Positions 19,668-29,231 of a stretch of 63,122 nt of DNA are shown in pieces. This DNA comes from Terrimicrobiaceae bacterium (lineage in GTDB: Bacteria > Verrucomicrobiota > Verrucomicrobiia > Chthoniobacterales > Terrimicrobiaceae): positions 1-63,122 of the forward strand of contig JBGSVZ010000126.1 in NCBI GenBank assembly GCA_041752695.1, read 5' to 3'. Position numbers and translations under genes: made by a program. Positions within the stretch are counted from its first letter, which is position 1; each line of letters begins with the position of its first letter. Under the pieces are notes generated by a model that had not been told where the DNA came from, searched no databases, and saw only the letters and a program-made list of their open reading frames with translations.

Positions 19668-20528
19668 ATGCACCCCTGCCTTTCGATCCTCTCCTGCCTC
19701 TTGATCGCCGTCACCACCCAGGCGGCGCCCCCCCTCGTTGTCGCGCTCAAGCCCGACAAGGATCCGGAAAAAATGCTCACCGAACGCAAGGTGCTCGCGG
19801 CTTTTCTTTCCGAAAAACTCGGCCAACCGGTGGACGTGATCGTGCCATTGTCCGCCGCCGTGATCATCGAGGGACTGGCCAATGGAACGATCGACCTCGG
19901 CTACCTCAGCGCGACCGATCTGCTCAATGCCCGCAAGGCCAAAGCCGCCAGCCTCCTCCTCGCCGGCGAGATTGACGGCAAAACTTCCTACGCGAGCTAT
20001 TGGCTGACCCTGAAAGAAAAGCCCTACAAGGATATCAGCGAACTGAAGGGCCGTCCCGTGGCTTTTGCCAGCCGCACCAGCACGTCGGGCTATCTCATTC
20101 CCATGCGGGACCTGAGCCAGCGCGGGCTGCTGCCTGAGGGTGGAGACGCGGAGGCCTTTTTCGGCAAGGGCAATGTCATTTTTGGCACCGGCTACGTTTC
20201 CGCCATCGAACGGGTTTTCGCCGGCGACGCCGAGGCGGCGGCAGTGAGTTATTACGTTCTCGACAAGGATAAACACCTCACGCCGGAACAGCGCGCCAAG
20301 CTGCGGGTTTTGCAGTCCCAAGGTCCCGTTCCGACCCATGTCATCGCCGTTTCAAACACCCTTCCCGCCGAACGCAAAACTGCGCTCAAGGCGGCGTTGC
20401 TCAGCCTCAACGAAGGGGACAACACCACGCTGCGCGACCAGCTTTTCACGTCGAAGCTCGTCGAAACGGACGAAGCCGCCCACCTCGCACCGGTCGAGGA
20501 GGCTCTCAAGGTCGTTGGCCAAAATTGA
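19668..20528 (+). CDS. phnD: Phosphonate/phosphite/phosphate ABC transporter substrate-binding protein
   Basis: Signal peptide. L.G..VAF...TSTSGYLIP motif. Clustered with phnC/phnE-like genes. Confidence 0.88.
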   Translation: MHPCLSILSCLLIAVTTQAAPPLVVALKPDKDPEKMLTERKVLAAFLSEKLGQPVDVIVPLSAAVIIEGLANGTIDLGYLSATDLLNARKAKAASLLLAGEIDGKTSYASYWLTLKEKPYKDISELKGRPVAFASRTSTSGYLIPMRDLSQRGLLPEGGDAEAFFGKGNVIFGTGYVSAIERVFAGDAEAAAVSYYVLDKDKHLTPEQRAKLRVLQSQGPVPTHVIAVSNTLPAERKTALKAALLSLNEGDNTTLRDQLFTSKLVETDEAAHLAPVEEALKVVGQN

Positions 20529-20537
20529 TTCCCGCGC

Positions 20538-21230
20538 ATGTCCGCGCCGGATCGCCCGCAACTGACCATCCAGGGTCTTGACGTCGAACGCGAGGGACGC
20601 TGCCTGATGGGAGGCCTCAACCTCACCCTGGCGCGCGGTCAGTTTCTCGTTATTGCCGGACCCTCCGGCGCGGGAAAAACCAGTCTCCTTTCCTGTCTGG
20701 CCGGCATTCTCCCGGTCACCCGCGGACGCATCTCGTTCGCTTCCGGCGGCGGGCCCGAGGTGAACCGTCACCGCCTCGGCCTCATTTTCCAACACCTCCT
20801 TCTCACCCCCAACGCCACCGCCGAAACCAACGCCCTCTGCGGCCTCCTCGGCCAGCGTCCCTGGTGGAGCACCCTGCTGGGTTTTCGCGCCACGGACAAA
20901 TCCCGAGCCCGGGATCTACTGGAACGGCTGGAAATTTCCGCCTCCGTCCATTCGCCGATCCGCCGTCTTTCCGGCGGCGAACGCCAACGCGTCGCCATCG
21001 CCCGCGCCCTCATGGCATCGCCCGACGTTCTGCTGGCGGACGAACCCGTCTCGCATCTCGACCCGCGCCTCGCCCGCCATGTCCTTGGCCTGCTTCGGGA
21101 GGACGCCCGCGCCACCGGGCGCGCCGTTCTTTGCGTCCTGCACGACGAAGGTCTCACCGAAAATTTTGCCGATGCGGTTCTGACCCTGCGCCAGGACGCC
21201 CCGCACGCCTGGAGCCTGCAAACGCGATGA
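20538..21230 (+). CDS. phnC: Phosphonate ABC transporter ATP-binding protein
   Basis: GPSGAGKT, LSGGERQRVAIARAL, ADEPVSHLDP. Confidence 0.88.
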   Translation: MSAPDRPQLTIQGLDVEREGRCLMGGLNLTLARGQFLVIAGPSGAGKTSLLSCLAGILPVTRGRISFASGGGPEVNRHRLGLIFQHLLLTPNATAETNALCGLLGQRPWWSTLLGFRATDKSRARDLLERLEISASVHSPIRRLSGGERQRVAIARALMASPDVLLADEPVSHLDPRLARHVLGLLREDARATGRAVLCVLHDEGLTENFADAVLTLRQDAPHAWSLQTR

Positions 21231-21991
21231 GCCCTCCCCGTCTCAACGCCTTCCGCGTCACGGCCATCCTCTTCGCCCTCGCGGTGGCTTTTTCCCTGCC
21301 CGCCTTGCGCGGTTCCGGCCGGTCCCTCGATCATCTGGGCAACCTTCGCCGGTTCCTCGCGCGTTTCTGGCCCCCGGATTTTTCCGTCCTGCCCGACATT
21401 CTCCCCGCCCTTGGGGAAACCTTTCAGATTGCCATCCTTGCCACCCTGATTTCCGCGGCCGTGTCTGTGCTCGTCGCCATCGCCGCGGCGCGCAACATTT
21501 CCCCGTGGCCCGTCGTGCAGGCGGCACGCTTTGCCCTGAACGTCATCCGCTCCATCCCGAGCCTCATCTGGGCCCTGCTCGCCGTGGCAGCCTTCGGGGC
21601 CAACTCGCTGGCCGGTGTCGTTGGCCTCAGCTTTTATTCGATCGGCTACCTCGGAAAATTCTTCAGCGACGCCTTCGAGTCGGTCGAAACTGGCGTGGCC
21701 GATGCCCTGCAGGCGACAGGTGCGGATGCCATCCAATCGTTTCAATACGGGATCTGGCCCCACGCCCGCCCGCTCATTTGGAGTCACACCCTATGGATGC
21801 TGGAATACAACATCCGCTCGGCCGCCATCATTGGCTACGTGGGGGCCGGAGGCATTGGTACGTGGCTCCATACCTATCAGGAATATTACCAATGGGATAA
21901 ATTCGCCGCCGTCCTCTGCTGCATTCTGGTCGTCGTACTGATCCTCGATTTTGCCGGGGAACGCATCCGGCAGCAGTTCGCTCACGAGTGA
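21227..21991 (+). CDS. phnE: Phosphonate ABC transporter permease
   Basis: PPD, RSIP.L.WA, G.LGK.F, EYNIRSA.IIG.VGAGGIG. ATGA overlap with phnC. Confidence 0.9.
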   Translation: MSPPRLNAFRVTAILFALAVAFSLPALRGSGRSLDHLGNLRRFLARFWPPDFSVLPDILPALGETFQIAILATLISAAVSVLVAIAAARNISPWPVVQAARFALNVIRSIPSLIWALLAVAAFGANSLAGVVGLSFYSIGYLGKFFSDAFESVETGVADALQATGADAIQSFQYGIWPHARPLIWSHTLWMLEYNIRSAAIIGYVGAGGIGTWLHTYQEYYQWDKFAAVLCCILVVVLILDFAGERIRQQFAHE

Positions 21992-22186
21992 AAACCGACA
22001 CTATAAAGTATCATCAACATCCACCCACCCTCAGGACGATTCCCATTGCACTTCACGAGAATTGGAATCTAGTAGGGCAAAGTAGCTGCCTCGAGGTGGT
22101 GGTGAATCGTCCAGAACCAAGGACCTTTCGAAATCCGACGATCGGAACCCTACGTTGTCTTTACGCTATCTCGACCAACCTGTTTC

Positions 22187-23242
22187 ATGATTTCCGAAAA
22201 TACCGCCACCGCTCTCCCTGAAAACCAAGATCCCCACTGGCGCGACGCCGTTCGCCCCTTTCAACGCTCCTCCCTCTGGCGCAGCGGCTGGCAACTGGCC
22301 AACTCCATCGGGGGATACGCCCTTCTGTGGTTGGGAATGTATTTTGTCTCGCCGATTTCCCTCTGGCTGACGGCCCTCCTGGCCACCGTCGCCGGCGGAT
22401 TCCTGGTGCGCATCTTCATCATTTTCCACGACTGCACGCACAATTCCTTTTTTCGCTCCAGCAAGGCCAACGAGGCTTGGGGCACCATCACCGGCATTCT
22501 CTGCTTCACCCCGTATCACCACTGGAAATGGGAACATGCGACGCATCATGCCCATTCCGGCGATCTGGACCACCGCGGGCTGGGCGACATCTGGACCATG
22601 ACCGTGCAGGAATACGAAGCCTCGTCCCGCCTGACAAAAATCCGCTACCGCCTCAACCGGCACCCGGTCGTTCTGTTCCTCATCGCGCCCCTGTTTTTGT
22701 TTGTGGTCATTCACCGCCTCGTCACCCCGGGCGCGAGCAAAAAAGCCGCTCATTCCGTCCACCTCACCACTGCGGCCATTGTCGTGCTGGCCGGGGCCTT
22801 GATTCTGGCCTTTGGCTGGCAAGCGTATCTGGTGGCGCAGGTCACGACTCTCTTTGTCGCCTCCGGGGCGGGGGTCTGGCTTTTTTACGTGCAACATCAA
22901 TTCGAAGGCGTGTCCTGGGAACGGAATGAAGAATGGGATTTTGCCGAGGCCGCACTGAACGGCAGTTCGTTTTACCGCCTGCCGAAGATTCTCCAATGGT
23001 TCTCGGGAAACATCGGATTTCATCACCTGCACCATCTCAGCCCGCTGATCCCCAACTACCGCCTGGAGGATTGCCACAATACCCACGCCGCCTTCCAGGC
23101 CGCCCCACAAGTGACGCTGCGCACCAGCTTAAAATCCTTCAGCTACCGCCTCTGGGATGAAGAGGAACGCAAGCTGGTCGGTTTCGACCACCTGAAAAAA
23201 GTCCGGCGGAAAGCGCCGGCGTCCGGTGTCCGCCAGGGCTGA
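22187..23242 (+). CDS. Membrane fatty acid (acyl-lipid) desaturase, Bacillus Des-like
   Basis: His boxes HDCTH, HATHH, QH and HHLHH. G.WLFYVQHQFE and IPNYRL motifs. Confidence 0.93.
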   Translation: MISENTATALPENQDPHWRDAVRPFQRSSLWRSGWQLANSIGGYALLWLGMYFVSPISLWLTALLATVAGGFLVRIFIIFHDCTHNSFFRSSKANEAWGTITGILCFTPYHHWKWEHATHHAHSGDLDHRGLGDIWTMTVQEYEASSRLTKIRYRLNRHPVVLFLIAPLFLFVVIHRLVTPGASKKAAHSVHLTTAAIVVLAGALILAFGWQAYLVAQVTTLFVASGAGVWLFYVQHQFEGVSWERNEEWDFAEAALNGSSFYRLPKILQWFSGNIGFHHLHHLSPLIPNYRLEDCHNTHAAFQAAPQVTLRTSLKSFSYRLWDEEERKLVGFDHLKKVRRKAPASGVRQG

Positions 23243-23311
23243 ATTCAAGCACTGGACAGATTTTCAAAAGACCCTCGCAACTTTTCGCGCCCACCGGGTT
23301 TTCATTCCTGT

Positions 23312-23815
23312 ATGAAAGCTCCGATCTTCCTCAGCACTGTCGCACTCGCCCTCTTCGGTTCGCTCGCCGCCTCCCCGGCGGCGGATTCCAAACGCACGGC
23401 GGAATATCTGCTCAGCTCCCCGCTTTCTTTTGAAGGCAAGTCCGTGACACTCGACGTCGCGATGGTGAAGCCGGCACGCTGGAAGAGTCCCATCGCCGAG
23501 GTGACCTTTTTTCACGCCATGACCATGGACCGCGTCGACCGCAAGCCCGGCGGTGACATCCTGGTGGCCGTGCCCACGGCAGAAGCCGCCTCGTTCGCCA
23601 AAAAGTATGGCACGGACTTCGAGGGACGTTTCGACTCCGACTCTCTCAAAGGAATGCTCATGGCGGCGGGACCCCGCAAAGTCTGGATGATCGACACCAC
23701 CGGCCAGTTGCAAAAACTCATGGCCGAACACAAAGTCATGCTCCCGGATGAAGCAGGCGGACACATGGCCATGGGTGGGGAATTCGGCCACGGACGCCGC
23801 CCCAAGCATCCCTGA
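23312..23815 (+). CDS. Hypothetical exported protein
   Basis: Signal peptide and coding-like codon usage. P..FEGK.V.L segment reminiscent of periplasmic OB-fold proteins (inference). Confidence 0.75.
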   Translation: MKAPIFLSTVALALFGSLAASPAADSKRTAEYLLSSPLSFEGKSVTLDVAMVKPARWKSPIAEVTFFHAMTMDRVDRKPGGDILVAVPTAEAASFAKKYGTDFEGRFDSDSLKGMLMAAGPRKVWMIDTTGQLQKLMAEHKVMLPDEAGGHMAMGGEFGHGRRPKHP

Positions 23816-24997
23816 TCAGGCTTTGTAGAACGACGTGATCGCCGCGGCCACCGCGGCGATTTCGTCCTCCCGCAGACCGGGAAAGATCGGCAGAGCGACC
23901 GTCTCGCGGGCGGCGCGCTCCGACTCAGGACACTCTCCCTCGGCAATGCCGAGGTAAGCAAAACACTCCTGCCGATGCAGGGCGACCGGATAATAGACGG
24001 CTTGTCCGATTCCGGCGGTGGCAAGATGTGCCAGCAATCCGTCACGCCGCTCAGCACGCAGGACGTATTGATGGTATGTATGGTGTCCCTCAAGTCCGCT
24101 TTCTTTCCAGGGTTCCTCGGGAAGCTGCACATTTTCCAGAGACCCCAGAGCCTCGCGATAGAGCGCCGCATTCGCGCGACGGGCCGCATTCCAGCCGTCC
24201 ACAAAGGGCAACTTGGCGTGCAATACGGCCGCCTGCACGGCATCGAGACGGAAATTTCCTCCGACCATGCGGTGAAAATAGCGCTGCTCCATCCCGTGAT
24301 TGCGAATCAAGCGAAACTTTTCCGCGAGTTCGGCGCTGGCGCACACCGCCATGCCCGCGTCACCGGCCGCGCCAAGATTTTTGGTCGGGAAAAAACTGTA
24401 GTACGATGCCTCGCCAAAAGAACCCGCGTGCGCCGCTCCCTTTCGGGAGGGATACCAGGATCCGATGGCCTGTGCCGCGTCTTCGATCAGCGATAATCCG
24501 TAAGGTGCCACCACTTCTCTGAGCGCATCCATGTCACAGCACGCTCCGAAAAGATGCACCGGAATCACCGCGCGCACGCGATTGCCGCGCGGCGTGACGA
24601 GTACGCCATCTGCATTGTGCGTGCAGCGCCCGGCGAGATATTCCGCAACCTTGACCGGATCGAGGTGCAGCGTATCCGGACGGATGTCCACAAACACCGG
24701 CTCAGCCCCCACCCGGTGCAGACAACCCGCTGTGGCAAAGAACGAATAGGGCGTCGTGATCACGGCATCGCCGGGGCCGATACCGAGGGCCATGAGAATG
24801 GCAAGCTGGGCATCCGTGCCGGACGACATGCCGACCGCGTGAGCGCAGCCGGTGACCTCACAGAAGGCCTTTTCAAAATCGTCCACCGTCCGGCCGAGGA
24901 TGAATTGTCGGGAGTCAAAAACCTCCCGCACCCGCGCATCAACGGCTTCCCGAACCCGCGCATCTTCGCGCGACAAATCCAGCAAGGGAACGCGCAC
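23816..24997 (-). CDS. DegT/DnrJ/EryC1/StrS PLP-dependent sugar aminotransferase
   Basis: SSGTDA, PVHLFG, EDAAQAIG, SFFPTKNLGAAGDAG, GGNFRLD. Confidence 0.94.
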   Translation of the reverse strand: MRVPLLDLSREDARVREAVDARVREVFDSRQFILGRTVDDFEKAFCEVTGCAHAVGMSSGTDAQLAILMALGIGPGDAVITTPYSFFATAGCLHRVGAEPVFVDIRPDTLHLDPVKVAEYLAGRCTHNADGVLVTPRGNRVRAVIPVHLFGACCDMDALREVVAPYGLSLIEDAAQAIGSWYPSRKGAAHAGSFGEASYYSFFPTKNLGAAGDAGMAVCASAELAEKFRLIRNHGMEQRYFHRMVGGNFRLDAVQAAVLHAKLPFVDGWNAARRANAALYREALGSLENVQLPEEPWKESGLEGHHTYHQYVLRAERRDGLLAHLATAGIGQAVYYPVALHRQECFAYLGIAEGECPESERAARETVALPIFPGLREDEIAAVAAAITSFYKA

Positions 24998-25003
24998 CGC
25001 GCG

Positions 25004-25504
25004 TTATTTCACCACGCCGAATTCCGCACGGCGATTCATGGCGTAAGCAGCATCGCCACTGCCGGGATCGGCCGGCATTTCTTCGCCAAAACTCACGGTC
25101 TGGATATTTCCGCCGCTCAAGCCCATCGAAATCAAGGCATCACGCACTGCCTGCGCGCGTTTTTCGCCCAGACCGCGGTTGTATTCCTCGGTGCCACGGT
25201 CGTCGGTGAACCCTGCAATAATCAGGGTCTTGCGCGAGGACTTCACCGCAGAAGCCACCTGCTCCAGCTTCATCAATTCGGAATCGGAAACCGTAATGCT
25301 GTCATACCCAAAATACACCGGAGAAAACTGGCCGCGAACCACGTTGCCTCCGAAAAAATTCGCACCGTCAATCCGGTCGGGCAGCGGCGTGCCGGACACG
25401 TAGTCGCCATCAACGCCGGCAAATTGGTCGCCTTCTTTCTTTTTGCAGGAATCAAAGGCCGCAATCACGAAGATCGCGAGGCCAAGGGTCAACAGCTTTT
25501 TCAT
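25004..25504 (-). CDS. pal: Peptidoglycan-associated lipoprotein (OmpA domain)
   Basis: Lipoprotein Cys. VYFGYDS, GFTDDRGTEEYNRGLGEKRA, SFGEE.P, NRRAEF. Adjacent to tolB. Confidence 0.9.
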   Translation of the reverse strand: MKKLLTLGLAIFVIAAFDSCKKKEGDQFAGVDGDYVSGTPLPDRIDGANFFGGNVVRGQFSPVYFGYDSITVSDSELMKLEQVASAVKSSRKTLIIAGFTDDRGTEEYNRGLGEKRAQAVRDALISMGLSGGNIQTVSFGEEMPADPGSGDAAYAMNRRAEFGVVK

Positions 25505-25547
25505 CGGGATATGGTTTAGGGTCTTACCGCGAAATAATCAATCTGCA

Positions 25548-26678
25548 TCAACGCGACCATGTCGGTTCGCTCACTTTGCCGAGGCCTGTCACCACCGGAA
25601 TCTGACGACCATTCTGTGTATCGAGCAACACAAGGCTCGATCCCGAGCTGAAAATAACGTGCCGGGAATTGGCGCCAAACACGGGGTCTTCTCCGCTGGC
25701 AAGCGAGTTTGTCGCGCCCGAACGCAAGTCTTTCACCGCAATGGAGAACCCTCCCGAGCGGGCCGTGAAGGCGAGTTTTTTGCCATCCGGCGACCAACTG
25801 GGCTCCGTGCAGTAGGCGTAGCCCGTGGAAATCGGTTCTCCGCTGCCGCCGCCCGCGCTGATCTTATACAACTGCGGACCACCCCGGTCGTCCGAAGAAT
25901 AAATGATCTGTGAGCCATCCGGCGACCAGGTGGGCGAGGACTCCACGCCCTTGGTTTTGGTCAGCCGCCGCGCCCCGCCGCCATTGGCCCCCATGACATA
26001 AAGCTCGGGATTGCCGTCCTTGCTCAACGAGCAGGCGATGCGTCCGCCATCAGGAGAAAAACTCGCGCCTGAGTTCGTGCCGGGAAATTTCACAATCCGG
26101 TTGCGAGCGCCGGAAGCAAGGTCCACGAAATAAATATCCGCGTAACCGCTCTGGTAGCCGGTGTAGGCTAGCTTGCTGCCATCGGGAGAGAGGGCTGGCG
26201 CAACACTGATCGATCCGTCGCTCGTGATCTGCTTCAAATTCGCGCCGTCGTAGTCCGCCGTATAAATTTCCTTCCGCCCCGTCCGGGTGGACACAAAAGC
26301 GATCTTCGTATTCGCAATGCCTTTCTGGCCAGTGACAGTCGCAACGATGTCGTCGGCAAATTTATGCGCCGCCGCCCGCAGGCCGCCGGAATACGTTTTG
26401 CGCAGCACGACTCCGCCGCGGGGATCGGTCACCTGACCTTCCAACGACCCACCGGAAGCGGAACCACCAATGAGGTAGGTGGCGCGTTCCGGCGGCGTAA
26501 TGCTGAACCATCCCGAGAGATCGAGGTCGTTCTGCAGCACCTTGGTGGCCGCTGCACCCTCAGCGCCTCCGAGGGTCTTCAGCGCCACGCTGGTGGTGTC
26601 GCCTTTGCGAATGGTGATGGTTTCCTGCGCGAAAAGGACGGCAGGCAGGATGAGAAGAAAAGCAACGAGACGCTTCAT
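25548..26678 (-). CDS. tolB: TolB beta-propeller periplasmic protein
   Basis: AH.FAD.I....TG..G...T.IAF, KEIY.ADYDG, repeated WSPDG PD40 units. Confidence 0.9.
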   Translation of the reverse strand: MKRLVAFLLILPAVLFAQETITIRKGDTTSVALKTLGGAEGAAATKVLQNDLDLSGWFSITPPERATYLIGGSASGGSLEGQVTDPRGGVVLRKTYSGGLRAAAHKFADDIVATVTGQKGIANTKIAFVSTRTGRKEIYTADYDGANLKQITSDGSISVAPALSPDGSKLAYTGYQSGYADIYFVDLASGARNRIVKFPGTNSGASFSPDGGRIACSLSKDGNPELYVMGANGGGARRLTKTKGVESSPTWSPDGSQIIYSSDDRGGPQLYKISAGGGSGEPISTGYAYCTEPSWSPDGKKLAFTARSGGFSIAVKDLRSGATNSLASGEDPVFGANSRHVIFSSGSSLVLLDTQNGRQIPVVTGLGKVSEPTWSR

Positions 26679-26714
26679 GGCCGTCACATTGCAAAACCCA
26701 CCGCGCTTTGCAAC

Positions 26715-27545
26715 CTACGATTTAAAACGTGCGCCCACGGGAAAGGTCCCGAGGCTCGTCAGAGTCACCGCTAGCGCCCCGGCGCGCTTGAGCGCCCGGG
26801 CCACCGGAACCGCCTCCGGTCCCCCCTCGATTTCCACAAAAAAGACATAAGTCTGCGGCTGGCCAGGCACCGGACGAGACACAATCCGGGTGAGGCTCAC
26901 CTTCTGGCGGGCGAAGGGCCCGAGAAATTGGTGCAGGCTTCCGCACACGTTCGGCAGAGCCGCGACCAGCGCGGTGCGGGAGGGCACGGCAGGAACCGCG
27001 GTCGGCGGCTGCGCGGAAATCACGTAAAAGTGGGTCACGTTCACTTCCTTCGCCACCGCGGGCCGTTCGATGACTTTCAGACCATAAAACTCCGCCGCTC
27101 CAGGAGAAGCCAGCGCTGCCGCCCCTTTCCCCGCGGCCGCCTGCTGCGCCGCCACAGCCGTGCTCACCACCGGCTTCAGCTTCGCCAGCGGATACCGCGC
27201 CTTCAGCCAGTCTCCATGATGCTTTAACTGCACAAAGTGCGAATAAACCATGCGAATCTGCCCCTCCTCCCGGGCCAGGAGCGCAATCCGTACATCGAGG
27301 GAAAGTTCCTCGTGCAGAAAAACCCGCCCGGCGTTCCGGATCAGCATGTCCACCGAATCATAAACCGTCCCACCACTCGAATTCTCCACCGGCACCAGTC
27401 CGATGGAACCGGCCTCCGCCGCCACCCCGTCGAAAATCCCCTCAATCGTCGGACTCGCCAAAAGTTCCGCACGCTTCCCGAAACGCTTGCGCGCCAGAAT
27501 GTGCGAAAACGTTCCCTCCGGACCCAAATAATAAACACCAGACAC
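26715..27545 (-). CDS. pheA: Prephenate dehydratase (with ACT domain)
   Basis: YLGPEGTFS, VPVENS.GG.V, YSH, N.T.F, LTRIVSRP......YVFFVE. Confidence 0.9.
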   Translation of the reverse strand: MSGVYYLGPEGTFSHILARKRFGKRAELLASPTIEGIFDGVAAEAGSIGLVPVENSSGGTVYDSVDMLIRNAGRVFLHEELSLDVRIALLAREEGQIRMVYSHFVQLKHHGDWLKARYPLAKLKPVVSTAVAAQQAAAGKGAAALASPGAAEFYGLKVIERPAVAKEVNVTHFYVISAQPPTAVPAVPSRTALVAALPNVCGSLHQFLGPFARQKVSLTRIVSRPVPGQPQTYVFFVEIEGGPEAVPVARALKRAGALAVTLTSLGTFPVGARFKS

Positions 27546-27641
27546 CCCTCATTTCTGAAGCCACCCCCCGCGAGTGACAAGTGACAAGTTGCTGCCGAAC
27601 AAGAACCCAAGCCCACCAAGCCATCCCCCGCGTCGTTCCGT

Positions 27642-27683
27642 TTGTTACAATAAATGTCCCAGGTGGGACATTTATTGTAACAA
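27642..27683. repeat. Perfect 19-bp AT-rich inverted repeat
   Basis: TTGTTACAATAAATGTCCC-AGGT-GGGACATTTATTGTAACAA. Confidence 0.9.
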
Positions 27684-27723
27684 GGAAGTTCTCGGAAAAA
27701 CCTGCTTGGGCACGGGGTGGGGG

Positions 27724-28698
27724 TTAGCCTTTTCCGCCGAAAAACTGACGGATGGCGTCCTCGATGGGTGGCTCGGTGATGGTGAGGTCGGCGACCGGGG
27801 CGCGGTCGAGGAGGGCTCGGCAGACGTTCGCCACGCCAGCCCGGGGCGCTTCGATCCTGATGGAGTGAGGCGTCTGTTCGAGCACGTTGCCCAAGGCACC
27901 AAAATCGGCGATGACAGCCGTGGAAAACTTGGCTTCAACAATTTTGTTCGCAGCAAAGTCTTGCACGATTTGGGCGAGCGGACCGTCGAACATCAATTTA
28001 CCGTGATCAATCAGGACAACCCGCTCGCACAATTCCTCAATGTCCTGCATGTAATGACTGGTCAGGAGGATGGTCGTTTTGGCACGGACGTTGTGCTCCT
28101 TGAGAAATTCGCGCACGGTTTTCTGGCTCACCACATCGAGCCCGATAGTGGGTTCGTCGAGGAAAAGGACTTTGGGCCGGTGCAGGAGCGCCGCGATGAG
28201 TTCCATTTTCATGCGCTGGCCGAGGCTGAGTTCGCGCACCATCACATCAAGCTGCGGACGTACATCGAGCATCTCGGTGAGTTCGCTGACACTGCGGTCA
28301 AAATCCGCGCGGGGAATTTCGTAGATGGCCCGATTGAGCTCGAGCGACTCGCGCGCGGGAAGGTCCCACCAGAGGGCGTTTTTCTGCCCCATCAGCAGGC
28401 TGATCTGTCGCTTCATGCCGTCCTTACGCTCCCACGGCGTGAATCCGAGGACGGAGGCCTCGCCGCCGGTGGGATGCAGCAGTCCGGCCAGCATCTTAAG
28501 CGTGGTGGTTTTGCCCGCGCCATTGGGACCAAGGAATCCCACAAACTCGCCCTCCCTAATGGAAAAACTCACCCCATCGACTGCGCGGGTCTCGGAATAT
28601 TCCCGATGAAAGAGCCCCTTCACCGCACCCGCAATACCTTTCTCCTTGCGGTAGGTGCGGAAGACCTTGGTGAGGCCGCGAAGTTCGATCGTGTTCAT
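27724..28698 (-). CDS. ABC transporter ATP-binding protein (ABC-2/DrrA-like)
   Basis: GPNGAGKTT, LSLGQRMKMEL, LDEPTIGLD, TSHYMQD. Start refined to ATG 28698 (ATGA overlap with trmL). Confidence 0.92.
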   Translation of the reverse strand: MNTIELRGLTKVFRTYRKEKGIAGAVKGLFHREYSETRAVDGVSFSIREGEFVGFLGPNGAGKTTTLKMLAGLLHPTGGEASVLGFTPWERKDGMKRQISLLMGQKNALWWDLPARESLELNRAIYEIPRADFDRSVSELTEMLDVRPQLDVMVRELSLGQRMKMELIAALLHRPKVLFLDEPTIGLDVVSQKTVREFLKEHNVRAKTTILLTSHYMQDIEELCERVVLIDHGKLMFDGPLAQIVQDFAANKIVEAKFSTAVIADFGALGNVLEQTPHSIRIEAPRAGVANVCRALLDRAPVADLTITEPPIEDAIRQFFGGKG

Positions 28699-29147
28699 CG
28701 GAGGGCAAGCTGTCGTACGGCTTCGTAAAGCACAATGCCCGCCGCCGTCGCCAGATTGAGGCTGCGGGCCTCCGGTTGCTGGGGGATGGTGAGACAGGCC
28801 TTCGCGTTGGCGGTCAACAGACTCTCCGGCAGCCCGCGCGTTTCCCGTCCGAAGACCAGGTGGTCGCCATCCTGAAACTGAGCATCCCAATACGCGCGTG
28901 CGGTTTTGGTGGTGAGAAAGAAAAACCGCGCATCGCCCGCCGCCTCGCGCAGCGCGCGGAAAGAGGGCCAGGTGTGAACGTCGCATTTGTCCCAATAATC
29001 CATGCCCGCGCGCTTGAGGGCTTTTTCGTCCAGAGAAAACCCCAGGGGCTCGACCAGATGCAACCGCGCCCCGGCGGCGAGGCAGAGGCGGGCGATGTTT
29101 CCCGTGTTGGGTGGAATCTCGGGTTCAACGAGGACGACGTGGAGCAT
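28695..29147 (-). CDS. trmL: tRNA (cytidine/uridine(34)-2'-O)-methyltransferase
   Basis: VLVEPEIPPNTGNIARLC, KRAGMDYW, FGRETRGLP, RSLNLA. Confidence 0.95.
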   Translation of the reverse strand: MLHVVLVEPEIPPNTGNIARLCLAAGARLHLVEPLGFSLDEKALKRAGMDYWDKCDVHTWPSFRALREAAGDARFFFLTTKTARAYWDAQFQDGDHLVFGRETRGLPESLLTANAKACLTIPQQPEARSLNLATAAGIVLYEAVRQLALR

Positions 29148-29231
29148 GACACTGTGATGCCACGACGCGGAGAATAGAGAAGATTTTCCCGGTGCCAAAC
29201 GGGGAATTTCCTACGTCACGTCCTGCCTTTG

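Noticed and set aside
16592..19882. 1096-aa minus-strand ORF that looks like a giant ExbB fusion
   Set aside because: Only the last 206 codons are ExbB. The rest is the stop-free antisense shadow of the TonB-dependent receptor, expected with high GC3 codon bias.
21988..22221. 77-aa ORF overlapping the phnE stop
   Set aside because: Atypical composition, overlaps the desaturase start, and covers what looks like the desaturase promoter and UTR.
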